Positions 12,935-24,682 of a DNA stretch of 36,296 nt are shown here, piece by piece. Source of the stretch: Basidiobolus ranarum. Lineage: Eukaryota. Below the pieces are notes generated by a model that saw only the letters and a program-made list of their open reading frames with translations, had not been told where the DNA came from and made no database searches. Where the stretch lies: positions 1-36,296 of the forward strand of contig JASJQH010006934.1 of the NCBI GenBank assembly GCA_040143965.1, in the 5' to 3' direction. Numbering within the stretch: position 1 is the first letter of the stretch; every line of letters begins with the position of its first letter. Position numbers and translations under genes: made by a program.

Positions 12935-13935
12935 TCATTCTTTACTCGCTTCAGCATTCTTTTGTAAACGAAGCTTGTAGGGTGGTGTCATTAATTTACA
13001 ATTCGGTTTAAATATACAACCGTCTTCATGCATACGTTGGACAATTCTCACGATATTCTTGGTATCGTCAATGCCTGAATGCTCTCTACCCTCAAATACT
13101 AAATCCAACTGGGTTAACATCCCATTGAGATTCCGTCTGTCACATTTGTAGAATCTTTCGAATAGTTTACGCAAATCTATCCAAGGTCTAGAGAAATAGT
13201 TAGGTCTGATGATATGAGAATGGTCATATTGCTTTTCAATAAAATCTCGAATATCGTATGGACCATCAGTGATGAAGAGACATTTTTTCGCTTTGAATAG
13301 GGAATAATGATTCATCCATCGTTCAAAGTCCAGAATTACCACATCAAAGGGGTCACTTCTATCGACTATATCCTATAAAAAGATAGTTGAGTCTTGGGGG
13401 CATGTGGAATTCAATAAACTGCCAGTAATCTCGGTACCTGGGTGATTCCAGTCAGATTGATGCAATACTCGGATAGGATTGGTTGTTTAACAGGCCTGAC
13501 GTAACGATGGAAAATATCCACCTAGCAATGTGTAAGTTTTGACGGGCTTTTGGATTTCAACATATAGAAACATACTATTTGAAAATTAGAGTCCAAGAGT
13601 ATCATGGGGAACTCAATGATTTCATTCAAGAAGTCAAAGGTCACTCCAGCTATACATGTAGCTTCTACGTCAAAGCACAGGTAATAGTCGGTTGGTCGAA
13701 AGCTGAAAGAATGTTAGATAGTTTCTTTTGAATATGAATCCTTAGAAGCTCACTATTTCTTCGGAGTGATCGCTTTTGTAACTGCAACTTCACCCACCTC
13801 AGTGGTAGGCTTTTTCTTGGACTTCTTTTTCGTTTTCTTCTTCTGACCCTCTGTATCAATAGCTAGCTCCGTCAATTGATTTGTTATGGCATCCTCAGTG
13901 AGGATCGCATCGTTGGTGGTACTTGATGATTCCAT
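12935..13935 (-). CDS. ERI-family DEDDh 3'-5' exoribonuclease (ERI1/2/3-like, no SAP domain seen)
   Basis: Spliced YYLCFDVEATC...EIIEFPMILLD, FHRYVRPVKQPILSEYCINLTGITQ, FITDGPYDIRDF, FEGREHSGIDDTKNI. Three introns and a Lys-rich N-terminus. Confidence 0.92.
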
Positions 13936-14152
13936 AGTGGAGAGAGGAAATGTGCCGATGCATTTCTAGCTCAGTTATATAGCTGAAAGTAAAATTCAAT
14001 TCGCACATGTAATTCAATAAAATTAGGATCATTGATATATATATACATTATCGATTTATTTACATTTTACAAATATATTCATTAGAATACCACAAAGTGC
14101 CTAAAGTGGGAAACATCATTAGATATAGTGACAGATGTAGGCGAGACAACGA

Positions 14153-14243
14153 TTATTTCAGATCATTTTTCTTATCACCAAGCAACTCTTTTGGTTGCTT
14201 TATACGAGCTGGGTTAAATAGCAAAATGATTTCATCACACAAT
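14153..14243 (-). ncRNA. Box C/D snoRNA, snR69-like (copy in intron 3)
   Basis: C box GTGATGA (14238-14232), guide AACCCAGCTC antisense to LSU rRNA GAGCUGGGUU, hairpin, C' TGATAA, D box CTGA (14161-14158). Flanked by the inverted repeat GACAACGAT/ATCGTTGTC. Confidence 0.85.
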
Positions 14244-14386
14244 ATTATCGTTGTCATCGGAGAGCGGAACATTAGAGGTGAACACTTACCACAAAACTTG
14301 TGTAATCCGGTACATGTAACCTGCTAAATTGAAACGCGTTTAGAAGAAGCACAAAAAGTAGATGGTTGTGTATAGAACAGTTCCAT

Positions 14387-14479
14387 TGATTTCAGATAAC
14401 TTTTGATATCATAAAGCAATTCTTTTTGAAATGCTTTATACGAGCTGGGTTAAATAGCAAAAAGTATTCATCATTTTAG
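14387..14479 (-). ncRNA. Box C/D snoRNA, snR69-like (copy in intron 2)
   Basis: C box ATGATGA (14474-14468), identical 30-nt core (14433-14462), hairpin ATAAAGCA...TGCTTTAT, C' TGATAT, D box CTGA (14395-14392). Confidence 0.85.
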
Positions 14480-14604
14480 GAAGCGATTCTTTCAAAGATA
14501 AATTAACTTACCAGTGATACGGAGTCAGACTCAATAAGATGTCCTAACAAGTAACGTTGGAGTAAGTATAAGTGTAACCAGATGGATTCTTATAGAAGAG
14601 TTGT

Positions 14605-14696
14605 AGAGTTCAGAGTGAATTTTATATCACAAAGCTCATCTTTTTGATGGCTTTATACGAGCTGGGTTAAATAGCAAAAATATTTCATCATACTAA
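14605..14696 (-). ncRNA. Box C/D snoRNA, snR69-like (copy in intron 1)
   Basis: C box ATGATGA (14691-14685), identical 30-nt core (14650-14679), hairpin, C' TGATAT, D box CTGA (14613-14610). Confidence 0.85.
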
Positions 14697-15089
14697 TGGG
14701 GGCTTTCTTTGAAAGTGGATGGAATACTTACTATTTGACTACCGATGAGAGGCTGAAGGAGAGATGGTGTAAACTTACGGTGAAGCGGTGCCTTTATGTG
14801 CTTACGCCCCTTGTCATACTAAATCTTTTTTTTCCAAGCTACTCTACTAAGCAAGGGTAAGTTAAAATCATCGATATTTACCCTGCTTTCGTGAATTTTT
14901 TTCGTACCATTTCAATTGGCTACAGGGTATTCATCCTAGTATCTCAAACTTTGGTCTAGGTTCCACCTAGTTAGGTACACACAATCATGAAATGTATTAT
15001 AGTTTAATAATCTAATGTTGAATTCTTCAATTATAAATGCTAGAGAATGAACATAGATAGATGCATGCAATGAGTAGCTTCAGTGATAA

Positions 15090-16408
15090 TTAGAAGTTCG
15101 ATATTCTGGAATCAGATATTTCCGTAAATAAGGAACCTAATGTTCCGCGAACTAGTTTAGTTAGAGTTTCTAAACGTCTTGCGAGTGCATTTGGTGAAAT
15201 ATAATCCTCTAGTAGGTTGAGTTCTTGAATAATTCCTTCAAGTTGGCGTTCTTTCGAGCGGGTTTCTTCCAAGTTACCTCCATTTAGTTGAACCCAGTTC
15301 GGGTCAAGTTTCTCTGGAATGTGAAGCTTGAGCGCTTCAGCACCCTTCATCAATGTTTCGGCCGGATTGAAGTTTGGTATCGCTCTTCTATTGTTTCGAG
15401 TTGTTCGAGGCGAGTTACTATAGCGGTAACAAAGACCGGGCGATGAGGTATCCAAAACTGCCGATACGGTGACGTTGAACGGATTCATTACATCAGTTGG
15501 AAGTGCATTTCCTCCATTGGTACGTTTTCCGTTGTATTCTCGGGACCGACTTTGTTCGGTTGCTTGCCAATCCGCCCAAATTTTGTCCACGAAAGCGTGA
15601 TGCAACCAGAAAAGCGGACTAAGTTTCGACAATAAGTTAGAGGAGGAACTCTAATCAAGTAAACACCTTTATTCGATGACTACTTACTCATTTGGACTGG
15701 TCATGACCGTCATATCCCCTCCAATGCCCATATGAACAACACCATGAATTGGACTCTCCAATTGGCTTCGAAAGTCTGCGTAAGTTCGTGATTTACTTGC
15801 TATCCTGCTGATAACATCACTAGAGTAAAAAGAGCCGATCTTTCCTTGGCGATTGAATTTTCTGGATAAGCAGTGAGGCTTGGGATATCTCATCCGCCAT
15901 CCAGCGAAGGGCCCGTTGGTGATACAGCCTCCATTGCCACCATCACCACCTAGATAGTTTTCATTGAATATTTCACTTTGATGAGGGCTTTGTGAGTCAA
16001 TTGTCCAATCCTATTTATGAATGCAATATGAGTAATTTAGCGAATATAGAATTTGCGTGGGAGGGACTTTACCCAGTACGGTAACACCACTCTAGGGTTG
16101 ATTCTCTGAAGTTTCTTTTCCAACTCACGTAGATATTGACGGTGCCAAGGGAAAAAAGCAGATCCGCTATGGACCTCTCCTGCGTAATTCGAATGGATCT
16201 GAGACAAAGCATCGTACGCGCTGACCGATTGTGATGAAGCATGAAGTGTTTTCAAAGCGTCAAAAAATTCATTCCGTTCACTTACGCTCAACTGACGAAT
16301 TTCTCGTCGAATAGAGATCGATCCACATCCTTGCCCACTCACAAATTCTAATGTTGCAGTGAGTAGTACAACGGCAAAGAGGAACCAAAGTAATTTCTGG
16401 GGGAACAT
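15090..16408 (-). CDS. Secreted tyrosinase (type-3 di-copper protein)
   Basis: Exons 16408-16073, 16010-15688 and 15618-15090. Signal peptide. CuA ligands in SQIH, EVH and FFPWHR; CuB ligands in ESPIHGVVH and SPND|PLFWLHHAFVDKIWADWQ; LCYRY motif. Confidence 0.95.
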
Positions 16409-17427
16409 TCTAACACGGTCAATATTAACGATGATGGGGGTTTCTGAGTTGGCCCTTGGACAACCATCCAATATTTATAAAATCAGCAAAGAAGTCAGCT
16501 GAGAGAGACGAAATGTACGCTGCAATGCTCATGATCCACGACAACACCCCTATTACTCTGCTTATATTATTTGAGATGGTTTTCGAGCCACTCAAGTCTT
16601 CTAACTAACGAGTCCTAATTTGAATCAATCCACTAGCAGAAGAATGTATATCCCACCCACTTCACCGCTTTAAATTAAACATCGCCCCTGGTGAGGTGCT
16701 CCTATCTCATCATTTGTAGAAGCTAGTGTGTGTAATTCAGGGGGTTCCATCACTTCATGAACATTCATCGCATATACCAATCATAACTGAATGCTTGTAT
16801 GAATTGAATGTAAATAAATGCAGTGCAAATTGATCAACACAAAATCTATTTTTTCTGCAACTCTATCGCTCTAGGAGTAATGGTAAGAATAGGCTTGGGG
16901 TGCATGCTCAACATCAGTAAATATTAGCTAACCAATTTACTGGTTATGCGTGCCATAAGTTGGTTGCAACGGTACGATGTGTGATCACTTGCATGTTGTG
17001 TAGATCTTTCAACTATTTGATGATGTCAGGTGGTGAGATATTAGTGCTATTCCATGGTTGAGCCCTTATATTTGTCACTCTATACAGAGTTAATCTGGAC
17101 GTCGATTGTTTGGTATCGTTGCTGCGAGATTGGATCACGAGGTTTTTATTTCAAGACAGTTAGTTGGTCTTGGAGAGTTCACATCTGCGTTATATAAATT
17201 TACAACTAGGAAACAAACCCATTTCTTTTCACTGATTTCTACATAAATTGCGAGTACGTTTAAGGAGCCAATTAAAGTGTTTAGAGAGCATATTTGAGAT
17301 GAAATGAATGTGTAGGTGGATGGATTGATATTCAACCGGTGTTTTGATGAAAGCAAGCAAATTTTAAGAGGTTACGAAACACAACTGAGGTAGCTGGTAA
17401 TTACACTATTAAAATACAGTCAATCAA

Positions 17428-19114
17428 TTAGGCCGCAACCTCGGTGGAATCAGGTGTAAGCTCAGGTGAGCCTTTTCGAGATTTATCGGATTTCTGACTC
17501 ATCGCACGAACCCACATTCTTCTCCTGGTAACACTGGTGAAGGAGGGTTTGGCTCTGGGGTTCTTCCAATAATGGTCTGTGTAAACCCAGCCCTCATCAT
17601 CCGCACCTGATTCACGCCAGTCGTTAATGATGGACCATTCCGCATCCTCCCATTTCTGCCCTCTTTGCAATTGTAAGGTTTCTTTCGAATCCATGGACAC
17701 TTCTCCGGTCTCATCACTCCAACTGGTTCGCTCTGAAGATAACATATTCGTCACCCACCCAAGGCCAGCCCACCACCTAACGACAATACACAGCTGTTAG
17801 CAAAGCAATTTAAAGTAATCATTTCCAGACTGCAACGTACCTTTGATTTTCAAACAAAACCACATCCAGTATGTCCTCACCTGGATCAAATCGGCCATAC
17901 TTCAACACTTTGGTGGCCAAATCAAATGTAGTATGGAATCGAGTGAGCACCATCGGTGTAAGTATCGTGATAATGGCACGGAAGAGTGAAGAATTGGCAA
18001 GGAAAGCCAATAATCCACCAGTAAGAATCAAGTAATTCCATGGAAATATATAGAGTAAGCCCATTGTAGCTACTCCCGATGCAAGAATTAACTTCATCAT
18101 GTACGAAGTCTCCTTCTCATCACTCCAATTGATCTGTTGGTAGAAACTCACTATATTATCATAAGCTTCACAATACATTCCCATGGAGTTTTGAATGAAC
18201 TGCATGTTGCGAGAATATGATGTATCTTCGATGGGAGTTGCTTTAACTGTTTTGGATGCTTGGCTGGAGGCTCTTTCACGGACCTTACTGAAATATGATT
18301 TACTAATGATATTCAGCAGAATAACCTGAGGGATAAGGAAGAGTAGTTTCGGATTCAAACCTAAACGTACAGAGGGAAAATATTTGTAAGTGGAGTTGCT
18401 TTGAAACTGAACGGAACAATCTGCTTACAAAAGAATGAAAATATTGCCATGACGCAGAGAGTTTGTGTTGTACTTTCCCATGTGAGGATTTCCACAGCCC
18501 TATCTTGAAAAGTAGCAACGGGTCCAACTCTTTCCACAAACTTGGCGAAATTTTTAGGCGTAGTGGAAAATAGATTTAATGGAGCTTGTGTCTTGGCCTT
18601 TTCTTTGTCTTTTTCTATATCTTGTCGAGCAGAGGAAACAAATATTTCGTTTACTAGTTCATTTACGGAAGAAAATTGGGTTTTTGCAGCGTTTGTGTAG
18701 CGCTTACGAAGTGAGGGTTTAACTTTGGCTTCAGTATTTGATGCTGCCGAGGCTGTGCTAATAGTAGTGGCTACAGTAGGAGTTCTATTGAGGTCTACAG
18801 CTGTTAGTTGGGTGGGTGTTACGATTTCTGCTGCTTTTTTTGAGCTAACGCTCTCAGGAGGAAAAGCACTTTCAGTCCCGGATTTTGGTCTACATATGTT
18901 TGGTGCGTCAGTTTGACAGTGACGATGAACAACATAGCTACAATCTAAAAGGAAAGGTAAATATTAGAATATTGAGGGACATAAATAGTGGCAAGATGAA
19001 GTGCTGAGTACCTTGACATTCTAGTCCTTGTTTGTGTAAACCCCATAGAAGTTTTTCACAATAGTCACATAGTGTAGGTACATGAAAAGTCTTTTCTTTG
19101 AAAACATGCGACAT
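17428..19114 (-). CDS. Pex24/Pex23-family integral membrane peroxin with N-terminal C1 zinc finger and C-terminal dysferlin (DysF) domain
   Basis: Start MSHVFKEKTFHVPTLCDYCEKLLWGLHKQGLECQ|DCSYVVHRHCQTDAPNIC is a complete C1 domain. Followed by PLNLFSTTPKNFAKFV, YSRNMQFIQNSMG, LFENQR|WWAGLGW, DDEGWVYTDHYW and TRRRMWVR. Three introns. Confidence 0.85.
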
Positions 19115-19729
19115 GCCAGCTAAACTATGGATGAAATTATCTCAGTGTGCGCAAAGAGTGGGACTACCGGGAATGAGTAAAAACAGTAAATGTTGAGAGA
19201 AAATGCTGAGATAGATCAGTTTATTAAATATTATATAGCTTGGTTACAGTACACTTCTTGGATATCGAACTACGCGAATTTATAAAATTACTTCGCCATA
19301 GATTTTAGGCTTGCGGCTTTAAGCATTATTGAATGACGTTTCAATTATATATTAATTATCACATGTTTCTCTGTTAAACATCGCCTTTTCAATCAAACCA
19401 TGACAAACTAGGTTAATGATGAGCCCAAAGACTTCCTGTGGAACTTCTGCTGGCCTAGCATCCACTCAACTGGGTATTTATCATTCTAGGATGCTTTAAG
19501 TAGAGTTCTCAGAAATTGATCAAATTATGATTAGTTAAAACCCATAGATAATCTCTCAAGTTACCACCGGAAGGTTTAGCAATTTTTTTTCATTGATCGT
19601 TACTGATGAAGTCCTTTGGATTTTACCTACTTTTTTTTCTTTTTTTCTCTCTTGCTAACAAGCGTTTAGTTTGGCAAAGCTCTCGCCTTGTAACAGTTTC
19701 ATCTGCATCTGAGAAACATAGTAGAAAAT

Positions 19730-20927
19730 ATGGGCTTTAACACTCACGCTTCTTCTCTTCATATTCCTTCTAATAACGGAAAGACTTCTTCTTCCGTCTC
19801 TGTTACTGTCAATCCCATTGTCTTTTTTTCCATTCTTGACCATTATCTCAGACGTAATGAAAATCAAGATCGTGTAATTGGTACCTTATTGGGTGTTAGA
19901 AGTGAAGATGGTAGTGAAGTCCAAATTAGAAACTGCTTCCCCGTTCCTCACGATGAAACTCAAGACCAGGTAAGTATTAAGAAAACGTTTCATCTACGAG
20001 TAATTGCTCATTTTTTCATATCGATGAATAGGTTGCTGTTGATATGGAGTATCACAGAACTATGTATGAACTTCATCAACGTGTTAACCCTAAGGAAGTC
20101 ATTGTTGGATGGTACGCTTTCATTATAAAGAAATTGTACAAGTTTGGTATTTTAAAGCAACCTTTAATCTAGGTATGCCACTGGTGGAGCCCTTAACAGT
20201 TATTCTGCTTTAATTCAAGACTTCTATTCCCGTGAAGTTACTCCTTTCCAAGCTGTCCATTTAACTATGGATACCAACCTAACCAACGATAACTTGGGTG
20301 TTCAAGCTTTCACCAGGTATGTCATAGATTGGTCTAATTTAATATCCGCCCAAACGCTTATTAATTTCTCACCTCACTTAGCTCCCCTATTGGCGTTGAT
20401 GCTAAGGCTGAAAACTGCATGTTCCTTCCTGTCCCTTGTGAAATCAAGTATGGAGACTCTGAGAAGAGCGGACGTAAGTTCAAGTATAACTGCTTTTACC
20501 AAGTATGATAGATTCTAATATTCCATGAAGTCGATATCCTTTCTTTGACCAAGGAATCACCAAAGAGCACCTCCTCAATTGTTTCCGACATGGATAACCT
20601 TGAGCGTGCCATCGTTATGCTTCAAGAGATGTTGGAGCGTGTAGTGACCTATGTTGATAGTGTCTTGGTTAGTATTTAATTGTAAGCTAACACATCACCT
20701 AAAGCATACTAAAAGATCAATTCATACAATAGGAAGGTAAAACTCCTGCCAATAACACCATTGGTCGTTTCTTGATGGATACCGTCTCCGTTGTTCCTAA
20801 GATTGATGCCTCATCCTTTGAAAAGCTTTTCAACAGTCATTTGCAAGACTTGCTTATGGTTGTTTATCTTACTAATATGACTCGCGCTCAGCTGTCTATT
20901 GCTAATAGCTTACACAATTTGGCTTAA
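19730..20927 (+). CDS. eIF3f: Translation initiation factor eIF3 subunit F (MPN domain)
   Basis: [29 protein letters not shown]...[22 protein letters not shown], and C-terminal [25 protein letters not shown]. Five introns, stop at 20925-20927. Confidence 0.95.
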
Positions 20928-21197
20928 ATCACCAAGAAATATTCCCACAATTCCAAAGAATTCTCCTTGCTCATTGAAAACTTAATAAATATGTAGTTAT
21001 ATACACGTTGAAATGATATCTTACCATGCATATTAGAAATCCATCGAGGAACCAATTATTTAGCTAGATATGGATACAAATCATCATATAGATTACAATT
21101 CTAGAATAATTGATTTTCGAAAATATCGGGATTTTTCAAGAATCATAAATACTAAACCATTTTCACTAAGTTTATCTTGTCTCTCTAAAGTTTCAAG

Positions 21198-21959
21198 ATG
21201 GAGGAATTTTTTGGACAAAGTGTTAACATCGTCGAGTTAGAAGCGGTTCGTTCAAAACTTCTTCAACTTCAAGAAACGTTCAATTTTTTTTTACAAACTG
21301 TTAATCCAGAGTTACCTATTGCCGCATGGTAAATATATTTTATGAAAGAGGTTAAAAGTGGTGTTTTGGTTTCTAATGAAGTATATATTTGGGTTTTCTT
21401 TCGTTTTATTTAGGCCGGAAATATTGAATAAGTTTAACATTTTGGTAGCGAAATATGTGAATCTTAATAACGAGATTATCAACCCAATTTTTAAAAAGTT
21501 GGTATTACATCCTAATGAACCTGCGACTACTGATCAAGAGAACCAAATTATGGGAGTTTTATTACGTACAAAGCAAATCCCTGAGATAGAACGAGGTGAG
21601 CAAGAAGTCAAAGAAGAGGTTTCTATTCCTGAGGATATCAAAGCTCTGATGGAGAATGACATAGCAGCCATGCAAAATGCTTTATCTATATGGCAGGTAA
21701 GATACAAGCGGATATGTTGAATTTTTCGTATGATTATTGTTTAATATCTATTGAACTGTTATAGGCAAAGATTAAAAAGTACGACTCATTTTGTAACTTC
21801 GCTGAAGAGACCTTTGACAAGCACATGGATAAAGCTATATTGAAAACTAGATATGTACCAGAAGAAGAAAAGGATATCTCGGAGGACATAGGGATGGAGG
21901 AAGTCGATAAAAAATCTTTGGAAGAGACACTTGCTTGGATTTCTAGCGGACCCAAATAG
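21198..21959 (+). CDS. MED8: Mediator complex subunit 8
   Basis: MEEFFGQSVNIVELEAVRSKLLQLQETF...W|PEILNKFNIL...LVLHP...LLRTKQIPEIE, ending LEETLAWISSGPK*. Two introns. Confidence 0.82.
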
Positions 21960-22268
21960 CGCGCTTAAAGATACACCTACAGCATGGCATTAGGTAATTA
22001 AAGGTATTATAGATTCAAGACTATGTAGTTCAGGTCTGTGAGGATTCTTCGTTGTAGTTATATCAAGTACGTAGGATACACAAACCTGAATTCAGAAACA
22101 TTCTGATCAGTCTATCAATCCTGCTCTCATAGATTTATACTTTGCAAGGGATATTGATATTTCACATTAAACCACATATGTTATCATCATATGTATCATT
22201 GAATCCAATCTACGCTTCAGCAATACTGTTGATAATATTGTGCTACCATTCTTACGCTAGCGACATGA

Positions 22269-23433
22269 CTACCTTGTATTTACGGGATGAGCTAAGTGGT
22301 CACGAAGTAAAGCGGTTCTTTCGGTTCTGATATCCAGGGGATTGTGGACTAATGCTGTTCCAACTGTGATTCTTTGATTGGGTTTCATGGCCCAAACAAG
22401 GCACATGATTAGCAAAGTCCCTTGTAGTATACCGCTTGCAACAAATGTCATCCAAGAAGTCCAGTTAGTTCCTGGTCTCAAGTAGATAGAGTAGGCAAAT
22501 AAGAATGCACCAGGTGTCTGCATCAGCATCGTTGGAATACTGAGGGCACCTACCGCCTATTTAGATTTACATATCAATAATGCTAGTCTTTTAACATCAT
22601 AAACAGTTATGAAATTCGTGATTTTAATACCTTCAGTCTCCAAGTACGATGGATTTGTGGGATATACTGTAAGGTCGCCATCGAGGTACTAAGTAGACCG
22701 AGAAAGCCCGCCCACAGACTAGCCTGTTTGGACATGGATCCAAAAGAGCCTAATATCCATATACTTACACTCAAAGAGAGAACAAAGTGAGCGCTCACAA
22801 TAAATGAAACTAGTATCGAGTGTCTCCAGTCTGAAGTTGGTACAGTATTCGCAAGTCGGTTGTCGTCAATCAGGATTTCAGTTTTCTTATGTTGTGGGAA
22901 GTATATCATATACAATAACAGACTAAAAATCCATATCTTGCGGTGAATACGTTTTAACCTTCAAAATAGTACAAAATAACAAACGGTTTACATTATGACA
23001 AACATTGACCACTGAATACCAACTTGAACTATTCCAAGGACGCTTTCAAAACACTCGCCTGAAGACTACGTAAATAACTAGGTGGTCAAAACCTGGCTAG
23101 AGAGGTGGGATATAACCAACACTCACCAAATATTTGCAGCAAGTTAAAACAGGGAATTGTAATATCAAAATATTTAGAAAGCTAGAAGCACTGGAGATTG
23201 ACCCCAACAATAGAAACCAAGGACTGAGACCTTCGCTTGTTTTGTTAACAATGATTTTGATGTGCTGAAACATGGAATCAAATTCACAATAAGATTTAGT
23301 GTGACAGAACGTAGACTACTTTGGCTGTTACCTGTGGGAGATACGAAGCCAGCATACCAATAGTTAAAAATACGGATATGATAAACTCAAAACTGTTATG
23401 AGAGGGTACACATATTGGTGGAGGTTGAACCAT
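22269..23433 (-). CDS. PQ-loop repeat membrane transporter
   Basis: First PQ motif LASYLPQ|HIKIIVNKTSEGLSPWFLLLG; second LQYIPQIHRTWRLK|AVGALSIPTMLMQTPG. Multiple TM segments and a C-terminal ERTALL dileucine-type signal. Confidence 0.9.
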
Positions 23434-23979
23434 TGTAGAGCAATCGATTGAGATTAAAGCAGCTTTATTCGGGTTATATTATTATAAATTAGCACTCTTT
23501 TAGCTCTTTAAATGAGCCAGGTAAACTTATACAGTGAAGGGAGATAATTAGATGAATATTAAAGTTTATAAAATGTCAAAGCAATACACCTCTTGGTTAG
23601 ATGACCAATAGATGTCTCATCAAGTATTTCCAATTGGAATGAGGATAAGAACTGAAATAACATACAGTCATCAAGTCTCTGAATTCGTTCATTGAAATGC
23701 AACTTGTAATTACCTGCTAATATAACGTAAATAACACTATATTCTTGATGCAGGATTTATAATCAACCCAGGTCAGATCCTCAAAAGGTAAGAAAGGATT
23801 TCCATATTTTACGAAAGCCGAAATGCCTCTGCCGATCATGTATTTCTTGGATCAGATAAAATATGAGCTAAATATGCGTAAGAGCAGGAATTAGTGCAGG
23901 AATTCAGACCCCAAATTAGACAATTCGCTATGTTTGATCGAAACTTGTTCACCCACTGAAATTACTAATTGATCACTGT

Positions 23980-24034
23980 GATTTAAAACACAGAATTGGT
24001 TTAAAATACAGAATTGATTTAAAATACAAAATTG
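23980..24034. repeat. 3 x 18-bp tandem repeat (GATTTAAAATACAGAATT consensus)
   Basis: Units at 23980, 23998 and 24016, each with one mismatch to the consensus. Confidence 0.9.
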
Positions 24035-24682
24035 GAGAACCTACTCAAAAAAAAGCTATCCTGCGAAAACTGCGAAAATCAAAGTAATGTACAGATTGCG
24101 TGCTTTGCGTAATCAGAGTGGCTTTCGGTATTATCACTAGCACTTTAGGCATTCTAGGCACATATATTCATAACTAAATCGGTTTTCCAAGAAGCTGGTT
24201 CCATGTTACATGTTTCTTTGGCACGTATAATTTTTACCATTATTATCGCCCGTTCCAAATTGGAGTAATAGCCTAACTTTTGCTTACGATGGCGACATTT
24301 CTAGCACCTAATATTTATATCAATGGGTATTTTAAAAATGTTTTCCCAAATAAGATTTCTCTTCCAAATTAGACTTCATTTCCGAAATAGCTCAGAATGG
24401 GGATGGCCCTGATGTTACATAACATCAGTATCAATTGGATAAGAGCTGAAATGCAATCTGTGGTGTAGATAGAAATCTGAGTTCTGAGCACTTATCTACT
24501 TTTGGAGAATGTTATGCTTTACACAAATGATGCCATCGAGAGTGATGATTCTGACATTAGGGCTGCTGAGAAATCAAGAAGTTACCGAATCCCATATAAA
24601 CTGTGAATCTTGTCTCATTCAATTCACATTTCCGATCTCTCTCTTCATTAGTTACTTAGATATCATAGACTATATACCCTCA

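Larger units (their letters stand above)
14040..14770 (-). ncRNA. Non-coding snoRNA host gene with three GTAAGT...AG introns; transcript ends approximate
   Basis: Introns 14731-14544 (188 nt), 14511-14321 (191 nt) and 14289-14101 (189 nt). Internal exons are 32 and 31 nt. AATAAA at 14060-14055. The only spliced ATG ORF seen is 14 aa. Confidence 0.75.

Noticed and set aside
14197-14679. Three identical 30-nt repeats read as a CRISPR array
   Set aside because: The context is eukaryotic, the intervening sequences are ~190-205 nt, and there are no cas genes. C/D boxes and introns explain the repeats.
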